DNA of 25,619 bases, taken from a virus. Its lineage: Duplodnaviria; Caudoviricetes. Each line of letters starts with the position of its first letter. The first letter of the stretch is position 1. The notes under the pieces are model-generated. The model was given only the letters and a program-made list of their open reading frames with translations. It made no database searches and was not told the DNA's origin. Positions 8,652 through 16,750 of the stretch are shown here, in pieces. The position numbers were made by a program, and so were the translations under genes. The stretch lies in the IMG/VR virus record IMGVR_UViG_3300032277_002989, positions 1 to 25,619 of that record, one strand, 5' to 3'.

Positions 8652-10151
8652 TCAAACCTGAAACTCTGTCTTGGCGGCGAACGGGCCGGACCCGTATTGC
8701 CAGTTTGATCGGGTCGACCGGGCATTGCCTGATCGGGCCGTGGACATTTGCAGGCGGACGGGTTGGCCGTTGATGCAGGCCGAGACCGCGTCCAGTCCAT
8801 CGTCCGGGGTTTTGCTGTCGGTGTGCCATTCCCGCAACTCCGTGATGAACGGTGTCGCGAACACGCTTCGATGGGCGTAAAGCGCGCGGGCGGCGAGCAC
8901 GGCATCGAAGCCGCTGGTGATGCGCTCGACTTTCGGACGTCGTGAATTTTCTTCAACGACGGCGCAGCTCATGCCAGCCCGCGCCAGTTCCCGGCGCAGC
9001 AGCCCCGGTAAAAATTTACCGATGCCGTTGGTTTCAATGTAGACCTTCGGCAGGTACAGACCTTTCAAAAAATGCGCGACCTGTCGGCACTGCTGGGTGG
9101 CTTCATCGATGTCTTCGACGATTGCCGGATCATGGGTCATGTAGCAGATCCGATGCAACCAATAAGTGCCGTCATCATCGGTAAATACGGCGGCGATGAC
9201 ACTGCCATCCCCCCGGTCGGGTGAACCATAGGCCGGGTCCCACCAACACAAAGCCGACTTGACCCGACGTCCGCCGATTTCCAATCGCGCCTCACCATTA
9301 CCTTCCACATAACGCAGGTCGTCGTCATATATGCGAAGCTGATCGGGATCGAACCGACCGTCGGCAATATTGACGGGTTGCAGCAGCATCTGGCTTTTGA
9401 ATTTGTTCGGCCCGGTGCGTCGCTGAATGGCCTCAATCTCTGTTGGCGGAAACCGTTCGGGCCAGCGGCTTTTTCCTTTTCCGTCCAGCAGCGCCAGTTC
9501 CAGCCGCTTGAAGTCAGCGAGATATGGCGTGTCTTCCTTCAGCTCCGGTCGCGGCGCGTCGGCGTAGATAGTGAAGTAGCTATGCGGTGTGCCGACAAAA
9601 AGCTGCGTCCCGCCCGGCACCAGAATGTAGTCAATTTCCGCCAGCCGTTCGCGCATGTCGGTGCGTTTGGTTGCGGTGTCACAGGTATTGGGAACTTCGA
9701 CATCGTCACAAATGATGATGTCGGCGCGAAGCCCGGTGACGTTGGCACCGATACCTTTGGCCAGCATGGACGGGTCACGCTGTTCGACATCCCGGTTAAC
9801 GGTGAACTGATCCGACGCCCATTGATCGGCACGTTTGGGTTTCAGGGGCCGGGTCAGTTCCAGGCGTTCAATGATACGTTTAACATTACGCACCATCTTT
9901 CGAGCCAGCGCATGATCCGCGGCCAGAACCAGAATGCGCAATGAAGAATCACTATAAAGCAGCCAGGCGGCAAACAGGCCGACCAGTGTCGACTTGCCCG
10001 AATTGCGAAACGCCATCAGCAGCAGCGCCGTGTCGTCTGCTTGCCAGGCGTCAGTCAGCCACTGGCAGATCGTCTGGTGAAGATCAGGGGTGGTCAGGTT
10101 CTGTTGTTCATTCCACAGATCAACAAACTTTCGAAAACTGATATCGGTCAT
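8652..10151 (-). CDS. terL: Terminase large subunit, T7 gp19-like, 499 aa
   Basis: Walker A AFRNSGKST, GANVTGLRADIIICDDVEVP (Walker B region), coupling motif VGTP, nuclease acids WDPA / IETN / DDGLDA. ATG 10151 has a GAGGT RBS. Confidence 0.93.
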   Translation of the reverse strand: MTDISFRKFVDLWNEQQNLTTPDLHQTICQWLTDAWQADDTALLLMAFRNSGKSTLVGLFAAWLLYSDSSLRILVLAADHALARKMVRNVKRIIERLELTRPLKPKRADQWASDQFTVNRDVEQRDPSMLAKGIGANVTGLRADIIICDDVEVPNTCDTATKRTDMRERLAEIDYILVPGGTQLFVGTPHSYFTIYADAPRPELKEDTPYLADFKRLELALLDGKGKSRWPERFPPTEIEAIQRRTGPNKFKSQMLLQPVNIADGRFDPDQLRIYDDDLRYVEGNGEARLEIGGRRVKSALCWWDPAYGSPDRGDGSVIAAVFTDDDGTYWLHRICYMTHDPAIVEDIDEATQQCRQVAHFLKGLYLPKVYIETNGIGKFLPGLLRRELARAGMSCAVVEENSRRPKVERITSGFDAVLAARALYAHRSVFATPFITELREWHTDSKTPDDGLDAVSACINGQPVRLQMSTARSGNARSTRSNWQYGSGPFAAKTEFQV

Positions 10152-10201
10152 AGTACCTCGATACTCCGGGAAGAGATTGTGATCCTCGAGCGTGACCAAA
10201 T

Positions 10202-10645
10202 TTAATCGAGTAGAGATTTGAGATTTGGCACCTGTTTCTTCAGAAGAGAGAACGCGAACCTCCGGGTCGCCGTTGAAGCATCCAACAAATTGGCTTTTTT
10301 TGTCGCGCCAAGTGTTGATTGAAGCCCATTAATTTGCTCATTAGCAATCAGCCGCGAGTCGGCGATGTCGTTATCATGAGATTTGGCAAAACCGCCAATC
10401 ACTGAGTCTGCGGAGCCGCCTCGTCCCCCGACGCCCTGCGCTCCAAAGCGCGCCCGTTGGCTTGCTGTAATCCGTTTCAATGCTTCTCGTTTTCGGCGCT
10501 CTTCAATGTCGGTTGCACGTTTTATGTTTGCCGCATTGGCGCTGGCTTTAGCTTGCGCAACTCGGTTGCTGGCTTTGGCATTCTGACTATTTGATAAGTA
10601 CTCCATACCCAATTGAAGCGCGATTGACGCTGCGGTTGAACCCAT
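10202..10645 (-). CDS. Internal virion (ejection) protein, T7 gp14-like, copy A, 147 aa
   Basis: Position right after the nozzle; MG start, Ala-rich helix, motif QRARFGAQG..GGSA. Confidence 0.65.
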   Translation of the reverse strand: MGSTAASIALQLGMEYLSNSQNAKASNRVAQAKASANAANIKRATDIEERRKREALKRITASQRARFGAQGVGGRGGSADSVIGGFAKSHDNDIADSRLIANEQINGLQSTLGATKKANLLDASTATRRFAFSLLKKQVPNLKSLLD

Positions 10646-10672
10646 TTTTTGTCTCCAGTCTTGTTAAGTCTT

Positions 10673-12574
10673 TTAGCCGTTAACGCTGATTTCGGTGGCG
10701 ACGGAAAGCAGTGAGAAGGGCAGCGGCGTCGATTGTTCGACCCGCCACAGGCTCTCGGTTCCATCACGTCGCCACCCCAATGCTCGGACGGTTTTATCAC
10801 CACTGAACAGGGTCGGCGGTGCATCAAGAACATTGCTGCCAAAACCTTTAAAGGGCACATCAATGATGCCGCGCCCCGTATCAAGACGCAGGGCCGAGGT
10901 ATCTTTCAGCCGGAACGTGATGGCGACGGGCCTGAGACGGCCTCCCTGATTTCCACCGTTCTGAGTTTGAATGGCGGGCGGCAGAGGTTCGACAATGTGG
11001 GTAAAGGCGAGGCCGATGTCAGTAGATACGGCGGCCTCGTTCAGGGTGATCTGACCACCGGCAACAAGTTGGCTTGCTGTCGGGGATCCATCAGCAACGA
11101 CGGTAACGCTGCGACCCTCCAGATGGGTGAGCCCTCCCCATACCGTCTTCGCGGTTACAGATGTCTGGCTGATTCCTGAGTCTACGTTCAACCCTTTTTC
11201 AAAACGTTCGATCATATAGGTACCATTACGATCAATCAGGACGAACGTTTGATCCCCGACAACGGTCAGCGACTTGAACGTCCCGTTGGTCGCCTGACGG
11301 GTCCAGGCCGTTACCTGTTCGGCCCGGTAGATGGTGACGGTGCCCATTGTTCCGTCACCCATAACAATATGAAACAACCGGTTCGGTGTGTCGTAGTCCT
11401 GATCCACCGGGGTATTGATCAGGTGTCCGGCAAGGGTGCCAAGATCAGTTGCCTGGTAGGCCTGTTCAACATCGGCATAAAGAAATTCACGTAGGCCCGA
11501 ACCGTTGCGGGGGATGAACAAGGTCGCCCCATCAACATCACGGGGTGGCACCCAGCGTTTGACCGGAGAGCCGATTCTGGTTTGACGATGAAGCTGGATG
11601 TTGGAGGGTGTCAACGGGGAGCCGGTTGCCATCCACTCCGCCCCGGAGGTGAAAATTTGCAGATGGCGTCCGGAGAACACGGACCGGATCGAATTAACCT
11701 GATCCGACAGGAGAGCAAATTCGATCGATTCATCATCCAGGCCGGTGCCAAGATCGAAATTGAATAGATCGGATGATTTGGACAACCACAACTGATTGGG
11801 TAGATCGCGCGATCCGCCAATTACCAGCCGGTCCTGATGAAAGCAGCATGATACCGGCCAACCGCGAACGGTCGAGAACGCCTGCTCTTCCCAATCCTTG
11901 GTCGCGGTTATCGCTGTAAGTGTCTCCTTTACAGTCGCCGTTGCCAGAGTGGTGGATGTAAACGCGGTAATTTCCACTTCCTTGTTGCCAAAACGAAAAC
12001 GCGCACCGACATGGTTGGCAACAAAAACATCCGCCGACGCCGTCAACGTGATTGTGCCTGTCGCCGCACTGGCTTGCAAAGTGATCGCGTCATCCGCGAA
12101 CTTGTGATGTGGCTGCTGGGTTCGCCCGCTTTCATCAATGAATGTCCAGTCCGTGACCTGCCAACTGGTTTCAGTGGTGCGGACGATTTTTTTTGGTGGG
12201 TGACTGGCATGCACCACCAGCAATGTGTCGGCACTTTGCACCCATGAAATTTCAGAAACTTCGGCCTCCGTCCAGGGGCAGATAATGGAGGCGACTTTGG
12301 TGTCGCCATTATAGACGTCGGCATACAGGTCAGAGAACGCGATCAGGTAGACTTGCTCCGTATTAAATTCAAACGGCACCAGCCGTCCGGCTCCGCGTGC
12401 AGTGTCGACAAAACGAAGACCGGCCCGGCGACTGAGGCCGCCGGTTGGGTGAATGAAAACATTTTGCAAGCTGGCCGCACCATTTTCATAAGCTCGCAAA
12501 TCGCCGCGGCCCAGAAGTTCCGGAGCGATCTCACCGGCGGTGAAACTTGTTTTCTGTGTGCTTAACCGTGCCAT
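10673..12574 (-). CDS. Tail nozzle (tail tubular protein B; T7 gp12/P22 gp10-like), 633 aa
   Basis: SFTAGEIAP.L.GRGD...Y..GA..LQN....TGG..RRAG, LVPFEF, QSAD, GWP..CCFHQDRL, GLTHLEGRSV.VVADG. Confidence 0.9.
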   Translation of the reverse strand: MARLSTQKTSFTAGEIAPELLGRGDLRAYENGAASLQNVFIHPTGGLSRRAGLRFVDTARGAGRLVPFEFNTEQVYLIAFSDLYADVYNGDTKVASIICPWTEAEVSEISWVQSADTLLVVHASHPPKKIVRTTETSWQVTDWTFIDESGRTQQPHHKFADDAITLQASAATGTITLTASADVFVANHVGARFRFGNKEVEITAFTSTTLATATVKETLTAITATKDWEEQAFSTVRGWPVSCCFHQDRLVIGGSRDLPNQLWLSKSSDLFNFDLGTGLDDESIEFALLSDQVNSIRSVFSGRHLQIFTSGAEWMATGSPLTPSNIQLHRQTRIGSPVKRWVPPRDVDGATLFIPRNGSGLREFLYADVEQAYQATDLGTLAGHLINTPVDQDYDTPNRLFHIVMGDGTMGTVTIYRAEQVTAWTRQATNGTFKSLTVVGDQTFVLIDRNGTYMIERFEKGLNVDSGISQTSVTAKTVWGGLTHLEGRSVTVVADGSPTASQLVAGGQITLNEAAVSTDIGLAFTHIVEPLPPAIQTQNGGNQGGRLRPVAITFRLKDTSALRLDTGRGIIDVPFKGFGSNVLDAPPTLFSGDKTVRALGWRRDGTESLWRVEQSTPLPFSLLSVATEISVNG

Positions 12575-13143
12575 TAGTGCCGTGCCTCCGTCAGGGTGAA
12601 ATCTTCGATCTGGCCCGGCTGATCCTGCTGGGAATCGATCAGCTTGGCGCGGCGGTATTCATTTTCCGCCAGCCGGTAAAGCGATTCGGAACGCGATGTG
12701 CTCTCCGTCAGGGGGATACAGAATTCCGCTGCTAGTCGGGCGATCAGCATCTGGTCGAAAAACGGCGGGAACGACTCTTCATCGGGACGGAAAATATAGG
12801 TCAGCACAAGCTGCTCAGCGTTGGCATTCAGCCGACGTTCGGCGATCCGGTATTCGACCCCCTGTCCCTGGCCGCTGTGTCCCGCCGACAGAGCGCGCAG
12901 GAAATCGGCGGGCAGTTGAAAGGCCGCATCAAAATCGGCAATCGGTGTCGCCGCCAGTTTGCCCAGCGTCACCTGCCCAGTGGCGAAACTCCACGGATGG
13001 GCAGACAGCAGCGCGTCACGAACCGATGGATACAGATTCGCCGCGACCTCGGCTTCCGCCGTGCCTTCGTCGAACGACGCCAGGGTATCGGCCCCCAATT
13101 TGAGGAGGGCACGCGAACATAATGCAATGGCGCTTAAAGCCAT
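12574..13143 (-). CDS. Tail adaptor (tail tubular protein A; T7 gp11-like), 189 aa
   Basis: ALCSRALLKLGA..LASFDE, YPSVRDALLSAHPWSFA, FQLPADFLR, ARLAAEF; stop overlaps the nozzle start (TAATG). Confidence 0.9.
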   Translation of the reverse strand: MALSAIALCSRALLKLGADTLASFDEGTAEAEVAANLYPSVRDALLSAHPWSFATGQVTLGKLAATPIADFDAAFQLPADFLRALSAGHSGQGQGVEYRIAERRLNANAEQLVLTYIFRPDEESFPPFFDQMLIARLAAEFCIPLTESTSRSESLYRLAENEYRRAKLIDSQQDQPGQIEDFTLTEARH

Positions 13144-13159
13144 GTCGATTTCCTTTCAT

Positions 13160-13191
13160 AAAAAAATCGCTCCCGGTTTGACGGGAGGCGA
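13160..13191 (-). terminator. Intrinsic terminator immediately upstream of the tail genes
   Basis: Minus strand TCGCCTCCCG-TCAAAC-CGGGAGCGA-TTTTTTTATG, ending just before the AAAGGA RBS of the adaptor gene. Confidence 0.75.
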
Positions 13192-13631
13192 CTGGTGAAC
13201 GGTGGGTTTCGGAATTGATAATGCCTGTATTGGCAGGTTGCTGTTACGTGAAGTGCAGCGCTGTTAACGTAGAGTCATTCGGATTGTTGGCGGCTTTCCA
13301 GCCCCACAAACGTTGTTTCAGGTTTCTAAGGACTGTAACTATCTTGGGTTGCTTCGCTCCCACTGCAAGATTTAGTGGACCTTGCAATGCGTAGGCCATG
13401 TAGGCGCATAGAAACCTCTTGGTTCATTGGAGCAGCTCACTTCCAACCTTGTTCCGAAAGGGGTTGGTGCTCATATTTCTTATATGCGGTCTATCTTAAA
13501 CCTGAGTCATTAAGTCTTAGATTTCGTTTCAAGAAAATAAATAGTAGGCTACGAAGGGTTGTGCTTTGAAAGTCAGAAAATGCTCGGCTCGGAAGGTATA
13601 TTCCAAGCTGGGCATCGCCGACCTGCTGGTC

Positions 13632-13653
13632 AATATTCAATATATTGAATATT
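13632..13653. repeat. Perfect 22-bp palindrome
   Basis: AATATTCAATA|TATTGAATATT. Confidence 0.85.
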
Positions 13654-13695
13654 CGCCGATGGAGGGAGTCGGCGTCCTCCCAGAGTGCAACCTTT

Positions 13696-15105
13696 TTATC
13701 TCTTTTGTTCAGGGGGATTTTTTCTGATTTTGTTCGGGATATTGTTTGTCGTCGTCTTGTAACCGCTCTTGATTACGGTTTCTCCGTTCTTCGGATTTTT
13801 TCCAATGAACCCTATTGACGAAGTTTTGCCGCGCGTATTTGTTAGTGATTGAATGTGATCAAACCTTGACCCAAGAACCTTGCTTTTTTTACCATGAAAA
13901 ACACTGTTTAGCATATCCACCAGTTCATCAGCACTCATTCCTTCCTGTACTATTCTTTTATCGAAAAGTTTCCGGGCAACATTTGCGGGGATGATGAGTT
14001 CTCTATCTGTGAGGGGCTCAACCCCATTTTTCTGCCGTAGTTTATTGACTTCCTTGAAGTGGGGTTTTGATAGGTTTCCGAAGCTTATATTTTCAAATTC
14101 CTTATTCTTTAACGCGTCGGATAGTTTCTGTTGTGCTGTCGACACAACCTTTCGATAACTACGTGTGGAGCCAGGAATTACAATTCCCATCATTGCGGCC
14201 CCGAGCAACATAGTGCCTTCAGTAACTTTTTCTAAATCGGCATTTTTTACGCCTTCGGAAATCTCACGGCTGCCAGCCAAGGCATCATCAATATCAGCGA
14301 GTGGAGAAAGTTCTTCAGCAAATTTTAGCAGCGCTGCGGCCTGGTCATAGGCCGGGCCGAGTACGCCCTTGGCAATCTTGTTCGCCTCTTCGCCCAGTTC
14401 CGCCAGCGTTGAAGAAGGAGTGGCGGGGGGAGCTCGCGTTGGTTCCGGTTTTTCTGTTTCACTCAGACCGGCGATAGGGGCTTCGATGGGTTTTTGCTCT
14501 CTTGGAGATTTCTGGGCAACGTTTGTCCTCTCCAGCCCCTCTAGTTTGCCACGGGTATCAAGCGAGATTTTGTCACTGACCTCATTTGCCAACCCTGCCG
14601 CTCGTTCCGGGGCTCGGTCGTTGAGCTGTTTGAACAGGTTGGAAACTTCAGCCAGTGCCTTGTTCGCTCCGGTGTCCAGAGCATCAGCGATGAAGAAGGG
14701 CTAGTCGCCCGTGTCGCTGCTCTTCAGGATTGCGTCGACCTGCCGACTGTTTTCCGAGTGGGCCGCGCCGCCAATGTCTTCAAATCGACCCGATTGCCAC
14801 CAGGGAGTTACGGGTTTTTGTGGTGGTGTGGCGGGCGTAGCTGTTCCGATCAGTTGAGGGGTCGGTTTGCGGCTTGGCACAAACCCCAGCGCCTCTTCCT
14901 CGCGGCGTCGTCGGTCCAGTACGGTCTTCGCCGCTCTACGAAATCGTGCCTCCGTTGATATACGGCTCCCCGCCATTTGTTTCCTGCCAGGGTTGGTTGC
15001 GCCACGATCAGGATTCCACGGATCATCCAGCAGATTTTTGATGCGGTTGACGGGTGGTTGATCGGTATCTTCGATGTTGTCAAAGCGCAAGTTTCTGAGA
15101 AACAT
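13696..15105 (-). pseudogene. Polymorphic-toxin-like gene interrupted by one in-frame TAG at 14701-14703 (about 469 codons if read through)
   Basis: ORFs 14701..15105 and 13696..14592 are in the same frame and 14593-14700 is open (PFFIADALDTGANKALAEVSNLFKQLNDRAPERAAG). RBS GAAAGG at 15105. A pre-toxin-TG-like segment is followed by a basic, AT-rich C-terminal domain. Confidence 0.65.
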
Positions 15106-15118
15106 GATGACCCTTTCA

Positions 15119-15210
15119 TGATTAATATGATTACAGTTAATTTACGGTGAGAGTTGGAGGTTTGGTTGGGTGCCGAAAATTTTTTTGATTAATCAAAAAT
15201 AAGTTAATTT
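15119..15210. promoter_or_regulatory. Pair of repeated AT-rich sites TGATTAAT-N8-AGTTAATTT (15119-15143, 15186-15210) with an overlapping 18-bp palindrome (15182-15199)
   Basis: Read directly from the sequence; palindrome TTTTTGATT|AATCAAAAA. Lies upstream of the toxin-like gene. Confidence 0.5.
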
Positions 15211-15234
15211 TATGAATTGAAGATATTCAGACAC

Positions 15235-15266
15235 CGGATCACCGCAGCCGGGGCTGCGGTGATCCG
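15235..15266. terminator. Strong GC-rich hairpin after the capsid/decoration genes (terminator or mRNA-stabilising stem)
   Basis: CGGATCACCGCAGC-CGGG-GCTGCGGTGATCCG, 14-bp perfect stem, no clear U tract. Confidence 0.65.
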
Positions 15267-15302
15267 TGATCTTTGACCGCCTCCTCAGCGGTTCAACGGG
15301 AA

Positions 15303-15572
15303 TTAGTCAAAATTAACACTGCCAACGCTGGTAATGTCGGAGACATCGACCACGCCGGCGCTATTGGCGTTAACCAGGAAGATACCGGAACCGGGAATGC
15401 CGTCGGTGTCCACGTTAGCCATCATCATGTCACCAACACGCACCATGTCGGCGGCGGTGTTGAAGTAACCCACAGTATCGACAATAACCGCGGTATCTAT
15501 CGTGGTGTAGTGCCAGAGGGTGAAGCCGTTGGCATAGGCCAGCACGCTCAGGTCTTTTGATTGAAATGCCAT
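15303..15572 (-). CDS. Small virion protein after the major capsid gene, probable decoration/cement protein, 89 aa
   Basis: AAAGGAG RBS; beta-rich MAFQSKDLSVLAYANGFTLWHYTT...GYFN.A...RVGD; position directly after the capsid gene. Confidence 0.65.
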   Translation of the reverse strand: MAFQSKDLSVLAYANGFTLWHYTTIDTAVIVDTVGYFNTAADMVRVGDMMMANVDTDGIPGSGIFLVNANSAGVVDVSDITSVGSVNFD

Positions 15573-15592
15573 TATTTACTCCTTTCCGATGA

Positions 15593-16414
15593 TCAGACTT
15601 CGAGGCAGCGCATTGAGACGACACCGGAGGCGTCGATCAGGCACGAACCCTGTGACATCATGTTGTTGATAAAGTTGGCGGCCCGGTCTCCATGCCAGGT
15701 GACATCGGTTTTTACTTCCGAGCCGATGGCGTGGCCGATGGCGGTTTTGTGGTACCAATAGCAGTAGCGGATGTTGCCGCCGTCTTTGGTCAGGCCCGAA
15801 TGCGGCATCCACAACGCCCCAAGCCAGCGTTTGGCCTGGGTACCTTTCCACGGAAGTTCGTCTTCGCCGATATAGTCGGCATTGGCGAATTCCGGAATCC
15901 CCAGAAGATCGGACCACTGTTTCCAACCGATCACCGCATAACGCTCACCGTCATCCGGAACATCGGCGTTCCCCAGTAGTTCGAAGGCTTCGAGAACCTT
16001 GGCCTTGGTCAGGCCATCGAGCCCTGACCCGGCGTAGTTAGTTGACGTATCGAGCTGGGTGATGACCATCTCGTCGGTCTTGCGCCCCAGTGCATAAGCA
16101 CCGGCACGGGCAATCACGGTGCGCTCATCGGACGGGCCTTTGATTTCATCCAGCTTGTCGACCCAGTCCCCGGCGTAATAGTCGTAAAGCTGACATTCCA
16201 CCGGGGTGTGATCGATATTCATCACCGGGACTTTGCCGTGGCGGGCTTTGGTGCTGGCTGTTCCTTTACCGACCTTCTGGAAGGTCGTGGAGGAGCCGAT
16301 GATACCGTTTTTAGTCCGCACCGTATTTCTAAGCTTGGAACCCATCCGCTGATATTGCAGGTGGACGTCCGCCTGGAAATGTTTGACGAACGACTGAGTT
16401 ATTGACGTCGACAT
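15593..16414 (-). CDS. Major capsid protein, podovirus HK97-fold, 273 aa
   Basis: FVKHFQADVHLQYQRMGSKLRNTV, YYAGDWVDKLD, AYALGRKTDEMVI, DVPDDGER, WYHKTAIG, GSCLID..GVV. ATG 16414 has an AAGGAG RBS. Confidence 0.88.
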   Translation of the reverse strand: MSTSITQSFVKHFQADVHLQYQRMGSKLRNTVRTKNGIIGSSTTFQKVGKGTASTKARHGKVPVMNIDHTPVECQLYDYYAGDWVDKLDEIKGPSDERTVIARAGAYALGRKTDEMVITQLDTSTNYAGSGLDGLTKAKVLEAFELLGNADVPDDGERYAVIGWKQWSDLLGIPEFANADYIGEDELPWKGTQAKRWLGALWMPHSGLTKDGGNIRYCYWYHKTAIGHAIGSEVKTDVTWHGDRAANFINNMMSQGSCLIDASGVVSMRCLEV

Positions 16415-16750
16415 GCGACATTCTCCTTTTAGTCTCATTTCATGAAGTGCCGTTAGGCAGGGTGGAGACGCATCAACGCCGGTTATGATCTGACCTGTTG
16501 GCCGGATCGCCGGGGGATTGCATCGGTATACGGCGTCGGGCGATCTCGGGACCTTGAAGCGGTTTGCCGAGGCGGTTATCCAACGCCTTTGAATTCGCTG
16601 TAAAAAACAACGAAATCTGGTAAAACTTTAAGATTAAGAATGACGTTCCGTATTGACTGACAGCCGATTGCAGCCAAACATGGCGACATATACTAAATTC
16701 TATCCACTTGGGGGTTCCGGCCCGCCATCAGGGGGGCTAAGATAGGTCCG

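Noticed and set aside
13375-13569. 64-aa plus-strand ORF as immunity gene
   Set aside because: Wrong strand relative to the toxin-like gene, weak start, no RBS and no recognisable features.
15430-15926. T7 10A/10B-style capsid frameshift using overlapping ORFs 15430..15624 or 15576..15926
   Set aside because: There is no slippery sequence near the capsid stop, and the downstream 89-aa gene has its own strong RBS.
15593-16414. Encapsulin
   Set aside because: The size is similar, but portal, scaffold, terminase and tail genes accompany it and the motifs are those of podophage capsids.
16620-16640. CtrA box at TTTAAGATTAAG (also candidates near 13496, 15122, 15189)
   Set aside because: Spacing between TTAA half-sites is 2, 10 or 11 bp, not the canonical 7.
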